NCBI GenBank assembly: GCA_963723515.1
Contig: CAVRQT010000003.1
Coordinates: 102,010 to 166,009, forward strand
DNA length: 64,000 nt
Reading direction: 5' to 3'
Source: Vulcanimicrobiota bacterium
GTDB taxonomy: Bacteria > Vulcanimicrobiota > Vulcanimicrobiia > Vulcanimicrobiales > Vulcanimicrobiaceae
Numbering within the stretch: position 1 is the stretch's first letter; the number at the start of each line of letters is the position of its first letter. The translations under genes were made by a program, and so were the position numbers. The notes beneath the pieces were generated by a model, which was not told the DNA's origin, ran no database searches, and worked only from the letters and a program-made list of their open reading frames with translations. Of this stretch, positions 37,874 to 48,811 are shown piece by piece.

Positions 37874-38551
37874 CTAGTGTTGGGCCACCGCCGTTTGCTG
37901 GATTGTATACTGCGTGAACATGGCATGCGCCGTCAACGCTTCGCCGGGCATGTCAATATTCACGTCACCACCGGCCGGAAGGCGATACCCTTGAGTCTGC
38001 GAGGGGTGAATGGTCAAGGTTATTGTGCCGTGAGCATACTGCATCGCAACCGTTCGCGTCGCATACCGTGAATCGAGCGTGACGATCGCCTGCACGAGCG
38101 GATTGGCGTCACGCCGGTCGCTCGTTTTTGGCCGAAGTGAAAACGTCGTCGAGCCTTGATGTTGACCGACAAGACGCACGGCGTACTGCTTTTGCCACAT
38201 GCTCGGATCCAACGGCGAAAGGTCGATCGTGCGGAAGGCCGTTGCGAAAAACGGCATGTGCTCGAAGTTGACGTCATAGAGCTGACCGCGAACATATTGA
38301 CCGCTTCCATTTATGTGGAAGTGTAGCCAGGGAAAATGGCGCATTGCCATGGCGACGGTCATCTGAAACGTGTACGCATTGAGGCCGGCATTGCGATTGC
38401 AAGCCGCCGCGAAGATCGATGTAGGTGCGATTGCGGCGCCCGCTTCGGCGTTTACAACAATCAAGACGGCGCTTACCGCCGCAACAGTCGCTCGCGCGGA
38501 ATAAAGCCGCGCAAGCAAACGCTTGGTCTTGTTCGTCAGCGGAATAACCAT
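37874..38551 (-). CDS. secreted protein of unknown function between the exonuclease and ligase genes
   Basis: 225 aa with an N-terminal hydrophobic signal/anchor (ATVAAVSAVLIVVNAEAGAA). Possibly a LolA-like beta fold; no firm motif. Confidence 0.5.
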   Translation of the reverse strand: MVIPLTNKTKRLLARLYSARATVAAVSAVLIVVNAEAGAAIAPTSIFAAACNRNAGLNAYTFQMTVAMAMRHFPWLHFHINGSGQYVRGQLYDVNFEHMPFFATAFRTIDLSPLDPSMWQKQYAVRLVGQHQGSTTFSLRPKTSDRRDANPLVQAIVTLDSRYATRTVAMQYAHGTITLTIHPSQTQGYRLPAGGDVNIDMPGEALTAHAMFTQYTIQQTAVAQH

Positions 38552-38610
38552 AAAAGAAATACTGCCGCTGATAGGATACCGTCTTTTGGCGTGAGTTAAG
38601 CGCCCGGCCG

Positions 38611-39633
38611 TTAGAGCAAAGTGAGCTGCGCGTTCTCCTCGAGATACTCTGCATCGATTCCGAGTCGCCGAAGGCGGAAAACGAAATCACGCCAGCCGTG
38701 GTTGAGCAAGACTTTGCTCGGCTGCGCAAGTTCGACGTATCGCAATAGCGCGGGGTAGTCGGCGTGATCCGATAACGGAAACGCGCGATCGACTCCATAG
38801 CGAAAGATCGTGCCGCGGTCAACGGACCACCCGGTCAAGATGGCCGTCTTTGTCGTGTGCCGGCGTACGGTTTTTGGTAGCTCGCCGGACGGTGGCCAAA
38901 CCAAGGCGGTTCCGCCGTCAAATCGCTGCGCGTCGTACCGTTCGTATGGCGGTAAAGGAACGCCGGCGTCTTCGTAGATCTTGCAGATCGAGTCGACGGC
39001 GCCGTGAACCGTTATCGGGATGCCGGCGTGGCCTAAGATTGCGATTGCCTCCTGCGCTTTGCCGAGCGAGTAGGCAAGGAATACCGGAACGCCGTCGCCC
39101 GCGAGCGTTTCATGCGCGAACGCGACGATTTGGGCCGCGACTTCAGCGCGCGGCGGAAAGGCGTATTGCGGGCGCCCGTACGTGCACTCCATCAGCACGA
39201 CGTCGCACCGCTTGACTTCAGGGGGTTCGGCGGTGTACGAGCGTTCAAGTTTGAAGTCGCCGGTATAAACAAACGAACCGCTCTCTCCCTCGATCAAAAG
39301 CTGCGAGCTCCCGAGCACGTGGCCGGCGGAAAACAACGTCAACCGATGGTCTGCGACTTCCCACGGTTCGTTGAACGCGTGTTCTTCAAAGTCGCACGCA
39401 GGGGTGCTTTTGCGAGCGGATTCGAGCAACGACTGCTGTGCCGACTGTCCGTTACGCCGCAAGAAACGCAAGCGGCAAATCTTCGCGCTGTTGATGGAGG
39501 TGACGATCGTTTCGTGCTCGCGAGCGTGGTCGGAGTGTCCGTGAGAGACGTAGCAGCGTTCGCGCGCCTTCATCGAATCGATCCAAAGGTCGAGCGCGCT
39601 TACATACAGCGATTTTTCGGTAACGCTGAACAT
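38611..39633 (-). CDS. ligase-associated DNA damage response exonuclease (metallo-beta-lactamase / beta-CASP-like)
   Basis: Only the C-terminal 340 aa of ORF 38611..40851 are used. ATG 39633 ([11 protein letters not shown]...). HxHxDH motif [11 protein letters not shown], plus GHVLGSS, YTGDF and LSDHAD. Confidence 0.75.
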   Translation of the reverse strand: MFSVTEKSLYVSALDLWIDSMKARERCYVSHGHSDHAREHETIVTSINSAKICRLRFLRRNGQSAQQSLLESARKSTPACDFEEHAFNEPWEVADHRLTLFSAGHVLGSSQLLIEGESGSFVYTGDFKLERSYTAEPPEVKRCDVVLMECTYGRPQYAFPPRAEVAAQIVAFAHETLAGDGVPVFLAYSLGKAQEAIAILGHAGIPITVHGAVDSICKIYEDAGVPLPPYERYDAQRFDGGTALVWPPSGELPKTVRRHTTKTAILTGWSVDRGTIFRYGVDRAFPLSDHADYPALLRYVELAQPSKVLLNHGWRDFVFRLRRLGIDAEYLEENAQLTLL

Positions 39634-39704
39634 TGGGACGAACAGGTGTTTGGCCGCCTGCACGCCGGAAACCTGTGCGATGCGGAGCCTGTTAAAGAGC
39701 CCAC

Positions 39705-40674
39705 TATGGCACGAATCTATGAAAATATCACGGACACGTTCGGCAATACACCGCTCGTCAAGATTCCGCGGCTGACTCGCGCGCTTCAGGCGACCGTGCT
39801 GGTCAAGATGGAGTCGTTCAATCCGGCGGGTTCCGTCAAAGACCGTATCGGCGTTTCGATGATCGAGGCGGCTGAACGCGAGGGCCGGCTGCGCCCGAAT
39901 ACGACGATCGTCGAACCGACGAGCGGCAACACCGGGATCGCGCTCGCATTTGTGGCCGCCGCGAAAGGGTATCCATGCATTCTGACGATGCCCGATACGA
40001 TGACGATCGAGCGGCGCAACCTGCTGCGCGCCTACGGTGCGCAAGTCGTGCTGACGCCGGGCGCTGAAGGCATGCCCGGCGCGATTCGCCGCGCACGTGA
40101 AATCGTCGCCAGCGATCCGGCGCGTTTCCACATGCCGGGGCAGTTTGAGAATCCCGCAAATCCCGAAATTCACCGCCGAACGACTGCTGAAGAAATTTGG
40201 CGCGACACGGACGGAAATATCGACGTGCTCGTCGCGGCGGTCGGAACCGGCGGCACGATCACCGGCGTGGCGGAAGTCATCCGCTCGCGGCGACCATCGT
40301 TTCAAGCGATCGCCGTCGAACCCGCCGGATCGCCCGTGCTTTCCGGAGGTGCGCCCGGCCCACACAAGATTCAAGGAACCGGCGCCGGCTTTGTGCCGCA
40401 AGTGCTCAACACGGAGATCTATGCCGAAGTCATCCGCGTCAGCGATCAAGACGCGATCGAAACGGCGCGTCGTGCGGCGCGCGAGGAAGGCATGCTCGTC
40501 GGCATTTCGTCGGGTGCGAATCTGTGGGCTGCGCTCGAGGTCGCAAAGCGCGAGAAGATGCGAGGAAAAACGATCGTCACGATCGCGTGTGATACGGGCG
40601 AACGGTATCTCTCGAATCCGCTCTTCGCCGATCAGGCGCCGCCCGTTCACGAAGCGACCCTGAGCCTGCCCTGA
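39705..40674 (+). CDS. cysK: cysteine synthase A (O-acetylserine sulfhydrylase)
   Basis: ATG 39705 ([18 protein letters not shown]). PLP lysine in [11 protein letters not shown], plus [18 protein letters not shown] and SSGAN. Confidence 0.9.
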
Positions 40675-40706
40675 GCTGGTCGAAAGCCTGCACTGAGCTT
40701 GTCGAA

Positions 40707-41733
40707 GTGGGTGTGAATGATGCGTTCGTCGAGATAACGCGCGGCCCGATCGTCGAATCGGCTCACGCCATTTGGGCGTGCGCCGTCGATCGAACCGGCA
40801 CGCCGATCGTGCAAATGGGCGATATCGAAACGCCGGTCTACCTTCGCTCAAGCGCGAAACCGTTTATTGCAGCCGCAGCGGTCCGCGCCGGCGTCGTGCA
40901 ACGCTTTGGCCTAGAACCACGCGAAGTTGCCGTCATGGCAGCGTCGCATTCCGGCGAGCCTTTCCACATCGATGCGGTGCGATCGATCTTGCGTAAGATC
41001 GGCTTGCCGGAATCCGCCTTACAATGCGGACCGCATCCGCCGTACAATGCGGCGGCGGCAAAGGAACTGGCCGATCGCGGTGAGCCGTTTACGGCGATTC
41101 ACAACAATTGCTCGGGCAAACATGCGGGCATCTTAGCGCTGTGCGTCCTTCTGAATTGCGATCCGGCGACATACATGCAGCCGGCGAACCCAGCGGAGCA
41201 GGAGATACTCGCCTTCTGCGCACGCATGACGGGCGATACCGTCGCAGATTTTCCCATCGGCGTAGACGGCTGCGGCATTCCGGTGTTCGCCGTTCCGGCA
41301 CTGCACGGGGCGCGGGCGTTCATGCGATTGGCCACCCTGGAAGGCATCGATGCAGAGGATGCTCGGGCACTGGGTGCCGTGCGTGAAGCGATGCTCGACT
41401 ATCCTTTATATATCGCCGGAACGGATGAGTTTGATTCGGTCTTAATGGCGCAGTCGAATCGCACGATTGCCTGCAAAGGCGGAGCAGAAGCGGTTCACGG
41501 CGACGCCGTCATCTCCGAAGGGATCGGCTTGTTCGTCAAAGTGCGCGATGGAGGGCGTCGTGCCGTCGCGCCCACCGTTCTTGCGATCTTGGACGAACTC
41601 GAAGCGATCGCGCTGAACAGCGCATCCGGCGTTGGCGGATTTCGCGGCGCCGCCGATTCGAAATCGCGCCGGGCGAACCGTCGGGGAAACCCGCGTGAAG
41701 CGGGCGATGATTACGAAGACGCGAAAACCGTAA
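40707..41733 (+). CDS. asparaginase II family protein; 3' end shifted by a 1-nt indel at about 41632
   Basis: SSAKPF, ASHSGE, NNCSGKHAG and DGCGIP motifs. Dropping g41632 gives the tail HPALADFAAPPIRNRAGRTVGETRV...KP, stop TAA 41731-41733. Uncorrected, the ORF reads straight into metH (ORF 40707..43637). Confidence 0.7.
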
Positions 41734-41738
41734 GCACC

Positions 41739-44700
41739 ATGCCTTCTTATCTCGATCTGCTGCGCGAGCGAATCGTGCTCTTTGATGGTGCGATGGGCAC
41801 GCAGGTCATGGCGTTAGAGCCCGAAGCAGCGCGCTTCGGCGGTGCGCAGTACCACGGCTGCAACGAAGCGCTCGTCTTAAGCGAGCCGCAGCTGATCGAA
41901 CGCATCCACGCGGGCTACTTCGAAGCAGGCGCCGATATCGTCGAAACCGACACCTTCACCGGCTCGCGCCTCAAACTCGATGAGTACGGTCTCGGCGAAC
42001 GCACCGCCGAAATCAATCGCAGAGCGGCCGAAATCGCGCGTAGTGCGGCAGAGAGGTTCAGCACGCCGGATTGGCCGCGGTTCGTTGCGGGCTCGCTCGG
42101 TCCAACCGGGATGCTGATTTCGTCCTCCGATCCGCTGCTTTCGCGAATTACCTACGATCAGCTCGTCGAGCTCTATCGCGAGCAGGCCGTCAATTTGCTT
42201 GCAGGCGGCGTCGATCTGCTCGTCATCGAGACGATGCAGGATCTGCTTGAGGCGAAGGCTGCGATCGCAGGAATCCAGCAGGCGTTTGAGAGCGGCTCCC
42301 GCCGCGTTCCCGTTCAGGCGCAAGTGACGCTCGACGTCACGGGTCGCATGCTGCTCGGCACCGATATTCGCGCCGTCTGCGCGACGCTCGACGCGTTGCC
42401 GATCGACGTCATAGGGCTCAATTGTTCGACCGGCCCGCTGCACATGCGCGATCCGGTGCGGTATCTTTGCGAAGCGTCGACCAAATTCATCAGCGTGATT
42501 CCCAATGCGGGACTTCCCAAGATGGGTCCGCAGGGTGAGACGATCTATCCTGAGACACCCGATGAGCTGGCGCATGAGTTGAAATCGTTCGTTCAGGATT
42601 TTGGCGTCAACGTCGTCGGCGGCTGTTGTGGGACGACGCCCGATCACATCGCGGCCTTGCGCGACGCGATCCGCGGAGTGAAGCCGCGCATGCCCACGCG
42701 CAAGACGCACCAGTTTGTCGCATCGGCCATGACGGCGGTCGCGCTCGAGCAAGAACCGCGTCCGCTGCTCGTCGGCGAACGCATCAACGCGCAGGGTTCG
42801 CGCCGGACAAAACGCCTGTTGCTCGAGGAGAAGTATGACGACATCATGCTCGTCGCGCGCGAGCAAGTTGAAGGCGGCGCGCACGTGCTCGACATCTGTT
42901 GTGCAATGACCGAGCGAACCGACGAGGATGCACAGATGCAGACGCTCGTCAAGAAGTTAGCGCAATCGACCGAAGCGCCGCTGATGATCGACTCGACGGA
43001 GCCGCGCGTGCTCGAAACGGCGTTAAAGAATTACGGCGGACGTGCGATCGTCAATTCCGTGCACTTGGAGAATGGGCGCGTCAAGATCGATACGATCATG
43101 CCGCTCGTGATGGAAACCGGTGCCGCGGTCGTTGCGCTCACGATCGACGAGCAAGGGATGGCGAAAACCGCTGAGCGCAAAACGGAGATCGCCGGGCTGA
43201 TTTACGACATCTGCGTGCGCGAATATGGGTTGCCGCCGGGTGCGCTGATCTTCGATGCGCTAACGTTCACGCTCGCCACGGGCGCCGAAGAGTACATCGA
43301 TTCAGCGATCCAAACGATCGAGGGCATCCGCAAAATAAAGGCGCAACTGCCCGGCGTTCTCGCCTCGCTTGGCGTTTCGAATGTCTCATTCGGGCTCAAG
43401 CCGCACGCGCGAGCGACGCTCAACTCCGTCTTCCTGCATCACTGTGTCGAGGCCGGTCTTGGATATCGCGCTCGTCAACGCGAAGGAGATCACGCCTTAC
43501 GCCGAGATCCCCGGAGAAGAGCGAAGCCTCTGCGACGACCTCGTCTTCAATCGCCGACCCGATGCGCTGCAGCGCTTCATCGAGCACTGGGAGAGCAAAT
43601 CGGCCCCGGCCGCCGGCGCACAAGCCGAGGCGACTGAAGATGCGGACGAGCCCATTGAAGTCCGCATTCATAACGCGATCTTGCGGCGGCGTAAAGACGG
43701 GATTGAGGCGAAGATCGATGAGGCGCTGGAAGGCCGTGGACCGATCGACGTCTTGAACAACATCCTTCTGCCGGCGATGAAGGATGTCGGCGATCGTTTC
43801 GGCGCGGGCGAGCTCATCTTGCCGTTCGTCTTGCAGTCCGCCGAAGTGATGAAGAAAGCGGTCGCGCACCTCGAGCAGTTCTTAGAGAAACAGGAGGGCA
43901 CGACCAAAGGTAAAGTCGTGCTCGCCACCGTCTTCGGCGATGTGCACGACATCGGCAAGAACCTCGTCAACACGATTCTGACGAATAATGGTTACAGCGT
44001 TTTCGATCTCGGCAAGCAAGTGCCGATGAACACGATCCTCGAAAAGGCGACAGAGGTGAACGCCGATGCGATTGGACTCTCGGCGTTGCTTGTCTCTACG
44101 AGCAAACAGATGCCGGTCTGCGTTGCGGAGCAGGAGTCGCGCGGGCTCGCGTTTCCCGTCATCGTCGGCGGCGCGGCAATCAACCGCGACTTCGGCCGGC
44201 GCATCGCCCTCGTTGAGGGCGAGCGCTTCTTCGAGCCGGGCGTCTTTTACGCGAAGGACGCCTTCGAAGGCCTCGACCTGATGGAGCAACTGACGCACGA
44301 GTCGTCGCGCAAGACGTTGCTCGAGAAGAGCAAGCGCGAAGCGTTCGCATTACGCAGCAGTGCAGTGGCCGCCGCAACCCCGCCCAAACGGCGAAGTTTC
44401 CAAGGTCAAAGCGGAGCGCCCGGATATTCCACGCGCGCCGTTCTTTGGGCCACGGACGCTTGCGCGTCGATCCCAATGAATTGTGGCCCTGCTTCGATCT
44501 GCGCAGCCTGTACCGGCTTTCGTGGGGCGCTTCAAATACGAAGGGCGAGCAGTGGGAGACGCTGCTGCGTGAAGATTTCGAACCGCGGCTTCATCGGTAC
44601 GAGCAACTCGCCGTTGATGAGAAGATCCTCGACCCGCGTATTGTGTACGGTTATTTTCGAGCGGCAGGTGAGGGGAACGATGTGCTGCTCTTCGATGCCG

Positions 44701-45206
44701 ATGATGCGACGCGCGAGGTCGCGCGCTTTGCATTCTCACGCCAACCCGGGGGTGAGCATCTTTGTCTCGCTGACTACGTGCGGCCGCGTGAGAACGGCCA
44801 GCCCATCGATGTTGTCGCGCTGCAGATCGTGACTGTCGGTTCGGAGGCGACCAAGCGCATCGACGCCTTGCAAGCGCGCGGCGATTACAGCGAGTCGTAT
44901 TTTCTGCACGGTTTCTGCGTGCAATCCGCTGAGGCGCTCGCCGAACATACGCATCGGCGTATCCGAACTGAATTGGGATTGCCCGACGATCGCGGCAAGC
45001 GCTACTCTTGGGGCTACGGCGCATGCCCCGATCTCTCGCAGCATGAAACCGTTTTCAGATTGCTCGATGCGTCAAAGGCAATGGGCGTGCAGCTCACGCC
45101 GGCGTACCAAATCGTACCGGAGCAGTCGACCGCGGCGATCGTCATCCATCATCCGAAGGCGGCATATTTTAACGCCGCCGCCGTACGCGAGCTGACAACG
45201 GCGTAA
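41739..45206 (+). pseudogene. metH: cobalamin-dependent methionine synthase, 3 frameshifts
   Basis: Hcy domain (GLNCSTGP, GGCCGTTP), pterin domain, B12 domain (DVHDIGKN, SALLVST, VGGAA) and activation domain (RYSWGYGACPDL). The pieces are ORFs 40707..43637, 43369..44832 and 44445..45206, with joins at 43471 (VEAGL|DIALVNA), about 44385 (an A-run) and 44462 (PRTL|RVDPNELW). Confidence 0.85.
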
Positions 45207-45218
45207 GCGAGGCCAAAT

Positions 45219-45572
45219 ATGGTTAAAGAGATTGGGTTTGTGGTGTATACCGTGTCGGATTTGGAGAGAGCGAAGGCGTTTTATCGTGACGTTGTCGGCC
45301 TCGGCGAGCCGAAAGATCTGCACGCCAGCTGGTCGGAGTTCGACGTCGGCGGCACGACGTTCGCAGTCGTTACAGGCGGTGAGGCGGTCGGAATGCCGCC
45401 CGGCTCCAGCTTCAGCGTCGCGTTCGAAGTTGACGATTTAGACGCCGCATTCAAGCGGCTGAAAGAGAAGGGCGTCGATATTAAGGAGCCGTTTGAATCC
45501 CCGACGTGCCATGCGTGCTTCGCAAAGGACCCCGACGGCAACCGCTTCGCGTTACATCAGCTAAAGAAGTAG
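45219..45572 (+). CDS. VOC (glyoxalase/bleomycin resistance) family protein
   Basis: 117 aa with the pattern IGFVVYTVSDLERAKAFY...GL...F.V.D.D......L...GV....P......F.DPDGN.F.L typical of glyoxalase-fold proteins. Confidence 0.75.
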   Translation: MVKEIGFVVYTVSDLERAKAFYRDVVGLGEPKDLHASWSEFDVGGTTFAVVTGGEAVGMPPGSSFSVAFEVDDLDAAFKRLKEKGVDIKEPFESPTCHACFAKDPDGNRFALHQLKK

Positions 45573-45590
45573 CGCGCGAAGCGGCACTGC

Positions 45591-46202
45591 TCAGGGTGAC
45601 AGGACGATGTCGAAATCCACTTTTACGTCGTCTTTGACTGAGACGGCGCCGCCCATCACTTTGATCGGCGTAATGCCGAACGACGTCTGCCGGATCATCG
45701 TTGAGCCCGTAAAATGAGATGCGTCCAATTTAGCAACTTGAAGCGTAATGGGCCGCGTCGTCCCGTGCAGCGTGAGATCCCCGTTGACGATCCACCGTCT
45801 TGGATCGCGATCGTCGATCGACGTTGAGCGAAACGCGATCGTCGGATATTTCGCGATCTCGAGCACTTGGTTATCCATCGCTTTTTGAATGCTGTCGCGA
45901 TAGTTTCGATCGAGGACTTGCATCTTTGCGACCTCGATCGTCAATTCGACGCTGCGCGCTGCGGGATTATAGCGGCCGGCGCTGATCGGCGCGTCGATCG
46001 TGTGGTTGTCGGCCAAGGCCGAAAAGAAGCCTTGCTTGTAGACGTAGACCGTCATCTTCGAGCGCTGCGCGTCGATCGCGCGGGAGGCGGGAACGGAAGT
46101 GGGCGGTGGTGCTGCGAGCGTAGGCGGCATCGCTGCCGCGAGAAGAAGAACGCATGAAACGCATCCGCGCAGCGCCGTCTGCATGCGAGCATGATGCAAC
46201 AT
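45591..46202 (-). CDS. YceI family periplasmic protein
   Basis: ATG 46202 with a signal peptide (CVSCVLLLAAAMPPTLAA). YPTIAFRSTSI, NGDLTLHGTTRPITL and the FGITP region are YceI-like. Confidence 0.75.
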   Translation of the reverse strand: MLHHARMQTALRGCVSCVLLLAAAMPPTLAAPPPTSVPASRAIDAQRSKMTVYVYKQGFFSALADNHTIDAPISAGRYNPAARSVELTIEVAKMQVLDRNYRDSIQKAMDNQVLEIAKYPTIAFRSTSIDDRDPRRWIVNGDLTLHGTTRPITLQVAKLDASHFTGSTMIRQTSFGITPIKVMGGAVSVKDDVKVDFDIVLSP

Positions 46203-46302
46203 AGTCGTGAATTCTTTATGAATGGTGCGCAACGCTCCCCCGCCAGGGAAGCCCTCCACTCGAGCGTAACGCACGGTCGAAAGGAGGCAAGAATATCGCG
46301 CC

Positions 46303-47196
46303 ATGACGCCCACGCATATACTGCTCGGCATTACCTCGGCAGTCGCCCTCGCGTTTGTCGCCGTCTGGATAGCGCAGATTCGAAGGGAAGGACTGCGCAG
46401 CCCAAAGTTCATCGAGGTTGTGCTGGGCTTCGTCACGGATTTTCTCGACACGCTCGGGATCGGATCGTTCGCACCCACGACGTCCGTATTTAAGTTCGCG
46501 CGCTTGGTCCCGGACCAGCGGATTCCGGGAACGCTCAACGTGGGGCACATGCTGCCGACCTTGATCGAGGCGCTGGTCTTCATTGCGATCGTCGCGGTGG
46601 CGCCGCTGACGCTTTATGCGATGATCTTCGCTGCCGTGGCGGGAGCCTGGCTCGGCGCCGGCATCGTTGCGCGGTGGCCGCGCCGGTACGTGCAGCTCGG
46701 CATGGGCATCGCCCTGGCCGTGGCCGCCGTTTTGTTCACCATGAAAAATTTGCAGCTTTTTCCGCCGGGCGGTAGCGCGCTTGCGCTCACCGGCGCGTTG
46801 CTGGCGCTCGGTGTGGCAGCGAACTTCGCACTTGGTGCGCTCATGACGATCGGTATCGGCCTCTACGCGCCCTGCATGATCTTGGTGAGCCTACTCGGCA
46901 TGAATCCGATCGCTGCATTTCCGATCATGATGGGATCCTGCGCGTTTTTGATGCCTATCGCTGGAATTCGCTTCATCCGCGCAAACGCATACGAAATCGG
47001 CGCCGCGCTGGGCCTGACGATCGGCGGGATGCCCGGCGTGCTGATTGCCGCCTTCATCGTCAAGTCGTTGCCGCTGATCGCCGTGCGATGGCTGGTGGTG
47101 GTCGTCGTCATCTACGCCGCCGTTACGATGATACGGTCTGCTTTGCAGGAACGCCGCTATGCGGCCGTCGCTTCCTCCGTCCCGACAGCGCTGTGA
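46303..47196 (+). CDS. sulfite exporter TauE/SafE (TSUP) family membrane protein
   Basis: 297 aa with about 8 TM helices. GFVTDFLDTLGIGSFAPTT and the duplicated half-structure are typical of TSUP permeases. Confidence 0.65.
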   Translation: MTPTHILLGITSAVALAFVAVWIAQIRREGLRSPKFIEVVLGFVTDFLDTLGIGSFAPTTSVFKFARLVPDQRIPGTLNVGHMLPTLIEALVFIAIVAVAPLTLYAMIFAAVAGAWLGAGIVARWPRRYVQLGMGIALAVAAVLFTMKNLQLFPPGGSALALTGALLALGVAANFALGALMTIGIGLYAPCMILVSLLGMNPIAAFPIMMGSCAFLMPIAGIRFIRANAYEIGAALGLTIGGMPGVLIAAFIVKSLPLIAVRWLVVVVVIYAAVTMIRSALQERRYAAVASSVPTAL

Positions 47197-48689
47197 GCGC
47201 GTCCGTACAATCCGTAGATCACGAGACCGACGATCAACCAAACGATGAATCCAAACCACGGAGCGGGCACGCCGAACCACAACGGACTGCCGTACTGCAA
47301 GGACCAAATTAAGAATGCGGCACTCAACGCCGCGAGCGTCGGAATGAGGTACGGACCGAAGGGAACCGAGAAACCTTGCGTTCCGGGATAGCGCGCACGG
47401 ATGATCGGCAGCGCGACCGAAACGAGAATGAACGCTACAAGCGTCCCCATATTCGTGAGCGCGCCGACGATCCCAATCGGAGTAAAGGCCGCCAGAAGCG
47501 CGATGAAGGCGGTAAAGATGATCGTGGACGTTCCCGGCGTGCGAAACCGCGTGTGAACGCGCGCGAAGACAGGTGGTAAGAGACGGTCGCGCGCCATCGC
47601 GAAGAACACTCGAACCTGGCCGAACATCATGACGAGCAGGACCGTCGTCAATCCAGCGATAGCGCCGAGCGAGATGATCGTGCTGGCCCATCCAAGGTGG
47701 ACCGAATCCATCGCAAACGCGACGGGCTGCGGTACGTTAAGCTTGGTATAGGGCACGATCCCTGTGAGGATCGCAACGACGATAATGTAGAGCACCGTGC
47801 AAACCACCAAACTGCCGATGATGCCGATCGGCAGATCGCGTTTGGGATTTTTCGTTTCCTCCGCAGCCGTGGAAACCGCATCGAAGCCGATGTAAGCGAA
47901 GAAGATGAACGACGCGCCGCCGAGCATTCCGGTCACACCGAAAGGAAAATACGGCACCCAGTTGCCCTGATTGACGTGCCCGACTCCCAAAATGATGAAA
48001 AAAAGCACGACCGCAACTTTGATCGATACGACGACATTGTTGAAGAGGGCCGATTCGCGAGTGCCGCGGTACAGCAGGAAGCCGATGAGCACGATGATGC
48101 AAAACGCCGGCAGGTTTACTATGCCGGGTCCAGTTGTGACGCTGCCCCCCATGCCAATCGTCCAGTGGCTCGACGTAAACGCCGGCGGAATGTTGATGTG
48201 CAGCGCGTTCTTGAGCAACGTAGCGAAATAGCCGGACCACCCGATACTCACCGTTGCGGCGCCGAGCGCATATTCCAGAACCAAGTCCCATCCGATGATC
48301 CAAGCGATGAGCTCGCCGAGCGACGCGTATGCGAATGTGTACGCGCTGCCTGCGATCGGAACGCGGCTGGCCACCTCCGCGTAGCAAAGTGCGGCGAAGG
48401 CGCTGACGAGACCGGCGATGATAAAGGAAATCGTCAGGGACGGCCCGGCTCGGGTCGCCGCTGCTACCCCGGTCAGCACGAAGATTCCCGTGCCGATGAT
48501 CGCACCGATGCCCATTGCGGTGAGCGATACTGGGCCTAGCGTGCGCTTGAGCGTCGCGCCGGTCGCCGGCGCGCCGGTAACGGGCGCACCGGTCGCTATC
48601 GATGTCGGTGCCGCTGCGGGCGACGGTACTGTTTCTCCGGCGCTCTCGGCGAGCAGGCGTTCCAAGGGCTTCACGCGTTTGAACAGCAT
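47157..48689 (-). CDS. APC family amino acid permease (cationic amino acid transporter-like)
   Basis: ATG 48689 (MLFKRVKPLERLLAES...LKRTLGPVSLTAMGIGAIIGTGIFVLTG) and more than 12 TM helices. ATG 48743 from the ORF track abuts the upstream terminator, so it is less likely. Confidence 0.8.
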   Translation of the reverse strand: MLFKRVKPLERLLAESAGETVPSPAAAPTSIATGAPVTGAPATGATLKRTLGPVSLTAMGIGAIIGTGIFVLTGVAAATRAGPSLTISFIIAGLVSAFAALCYAEVASRVPIAGSAYTFAYASLGELIAWIIGWDLVLEYALGAATVSIGWSGYFATLLKNALHINIPPAFTSSHWTIGMGGSVTTGPGIVNLPAFCIIVLIGFLLYRGTRESALFNNVVVSIKVAVVLFFIILGVGHVNQGNWVPYFPFGVTGMLGGASFIFFAYIGFDAVSTAAEETKNPKRDLPIGIIGSLVVCTVLYIIVVAILTGIVPYTKLNVPQPVAFAMDSVHLGWASTIISLGAIAGLTTVLLVMMFGQVRVFFAMARDRLLPPVFARVHTRFRTPGTSTIIFTAFIALLAAFTPIGIVGALTNMGTLVAFILVSVALPIIRARYPGTQGFSVPFGPYLIPTLAALSAAFLIWSLQYGSPLWFGVPAPWFGFIVWLIVGLVIYGLYGRAHSAVGTEEATAA

Positions 48690-48743
48690 GAGGCGAAATA
48701 TCGCGCTCCACCCAGCGGAAACCTCGTTCAACGTGCGCGGCAT

Positions 48744-48778
48744 ATAAAGAAAGCGAGCGTGATGTCGTCACGCTCGCT
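48744..48778 (-). terminator. strong intrinsic terminator after the Thr/Asn/Pro-rich secreted protein gene
   Basis: Perfect 11-bp stem agcgagcgtga (48752-48762) / tcacgctcgct (48768-48778) with a 5-nt loop. On the minus strand it is followed by TTCTTTAT. Confidence 0.7.
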
Positions 48779-48811
48779 GTGCTTTAGAGGTTTCTCCGCT
48801 CTTACAAAGAG

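Noticed and set aside
38611-40851. 746-aa ORF that looks like a giant fusion protein
   Set aside because: Only the C-terminal 340 aa (from ATG 39633) match the MBL exonuclease. The N-terminal 400 aa are Arg/Gly-rich low-complexity sequence lying antisense to the clearly real cysK gene (39705..40674). This is a typical high-GC shadow ORF.
40707-43637. 976-aa asparaginase II-MetH fusion ORF
   Set aside because: The normal asparaginase C-terminus and its TAA stop (41731-41733) are in the +1 frame. MetH has its own ATG at 41739. One extra base near 41632 merges the two ORFs.
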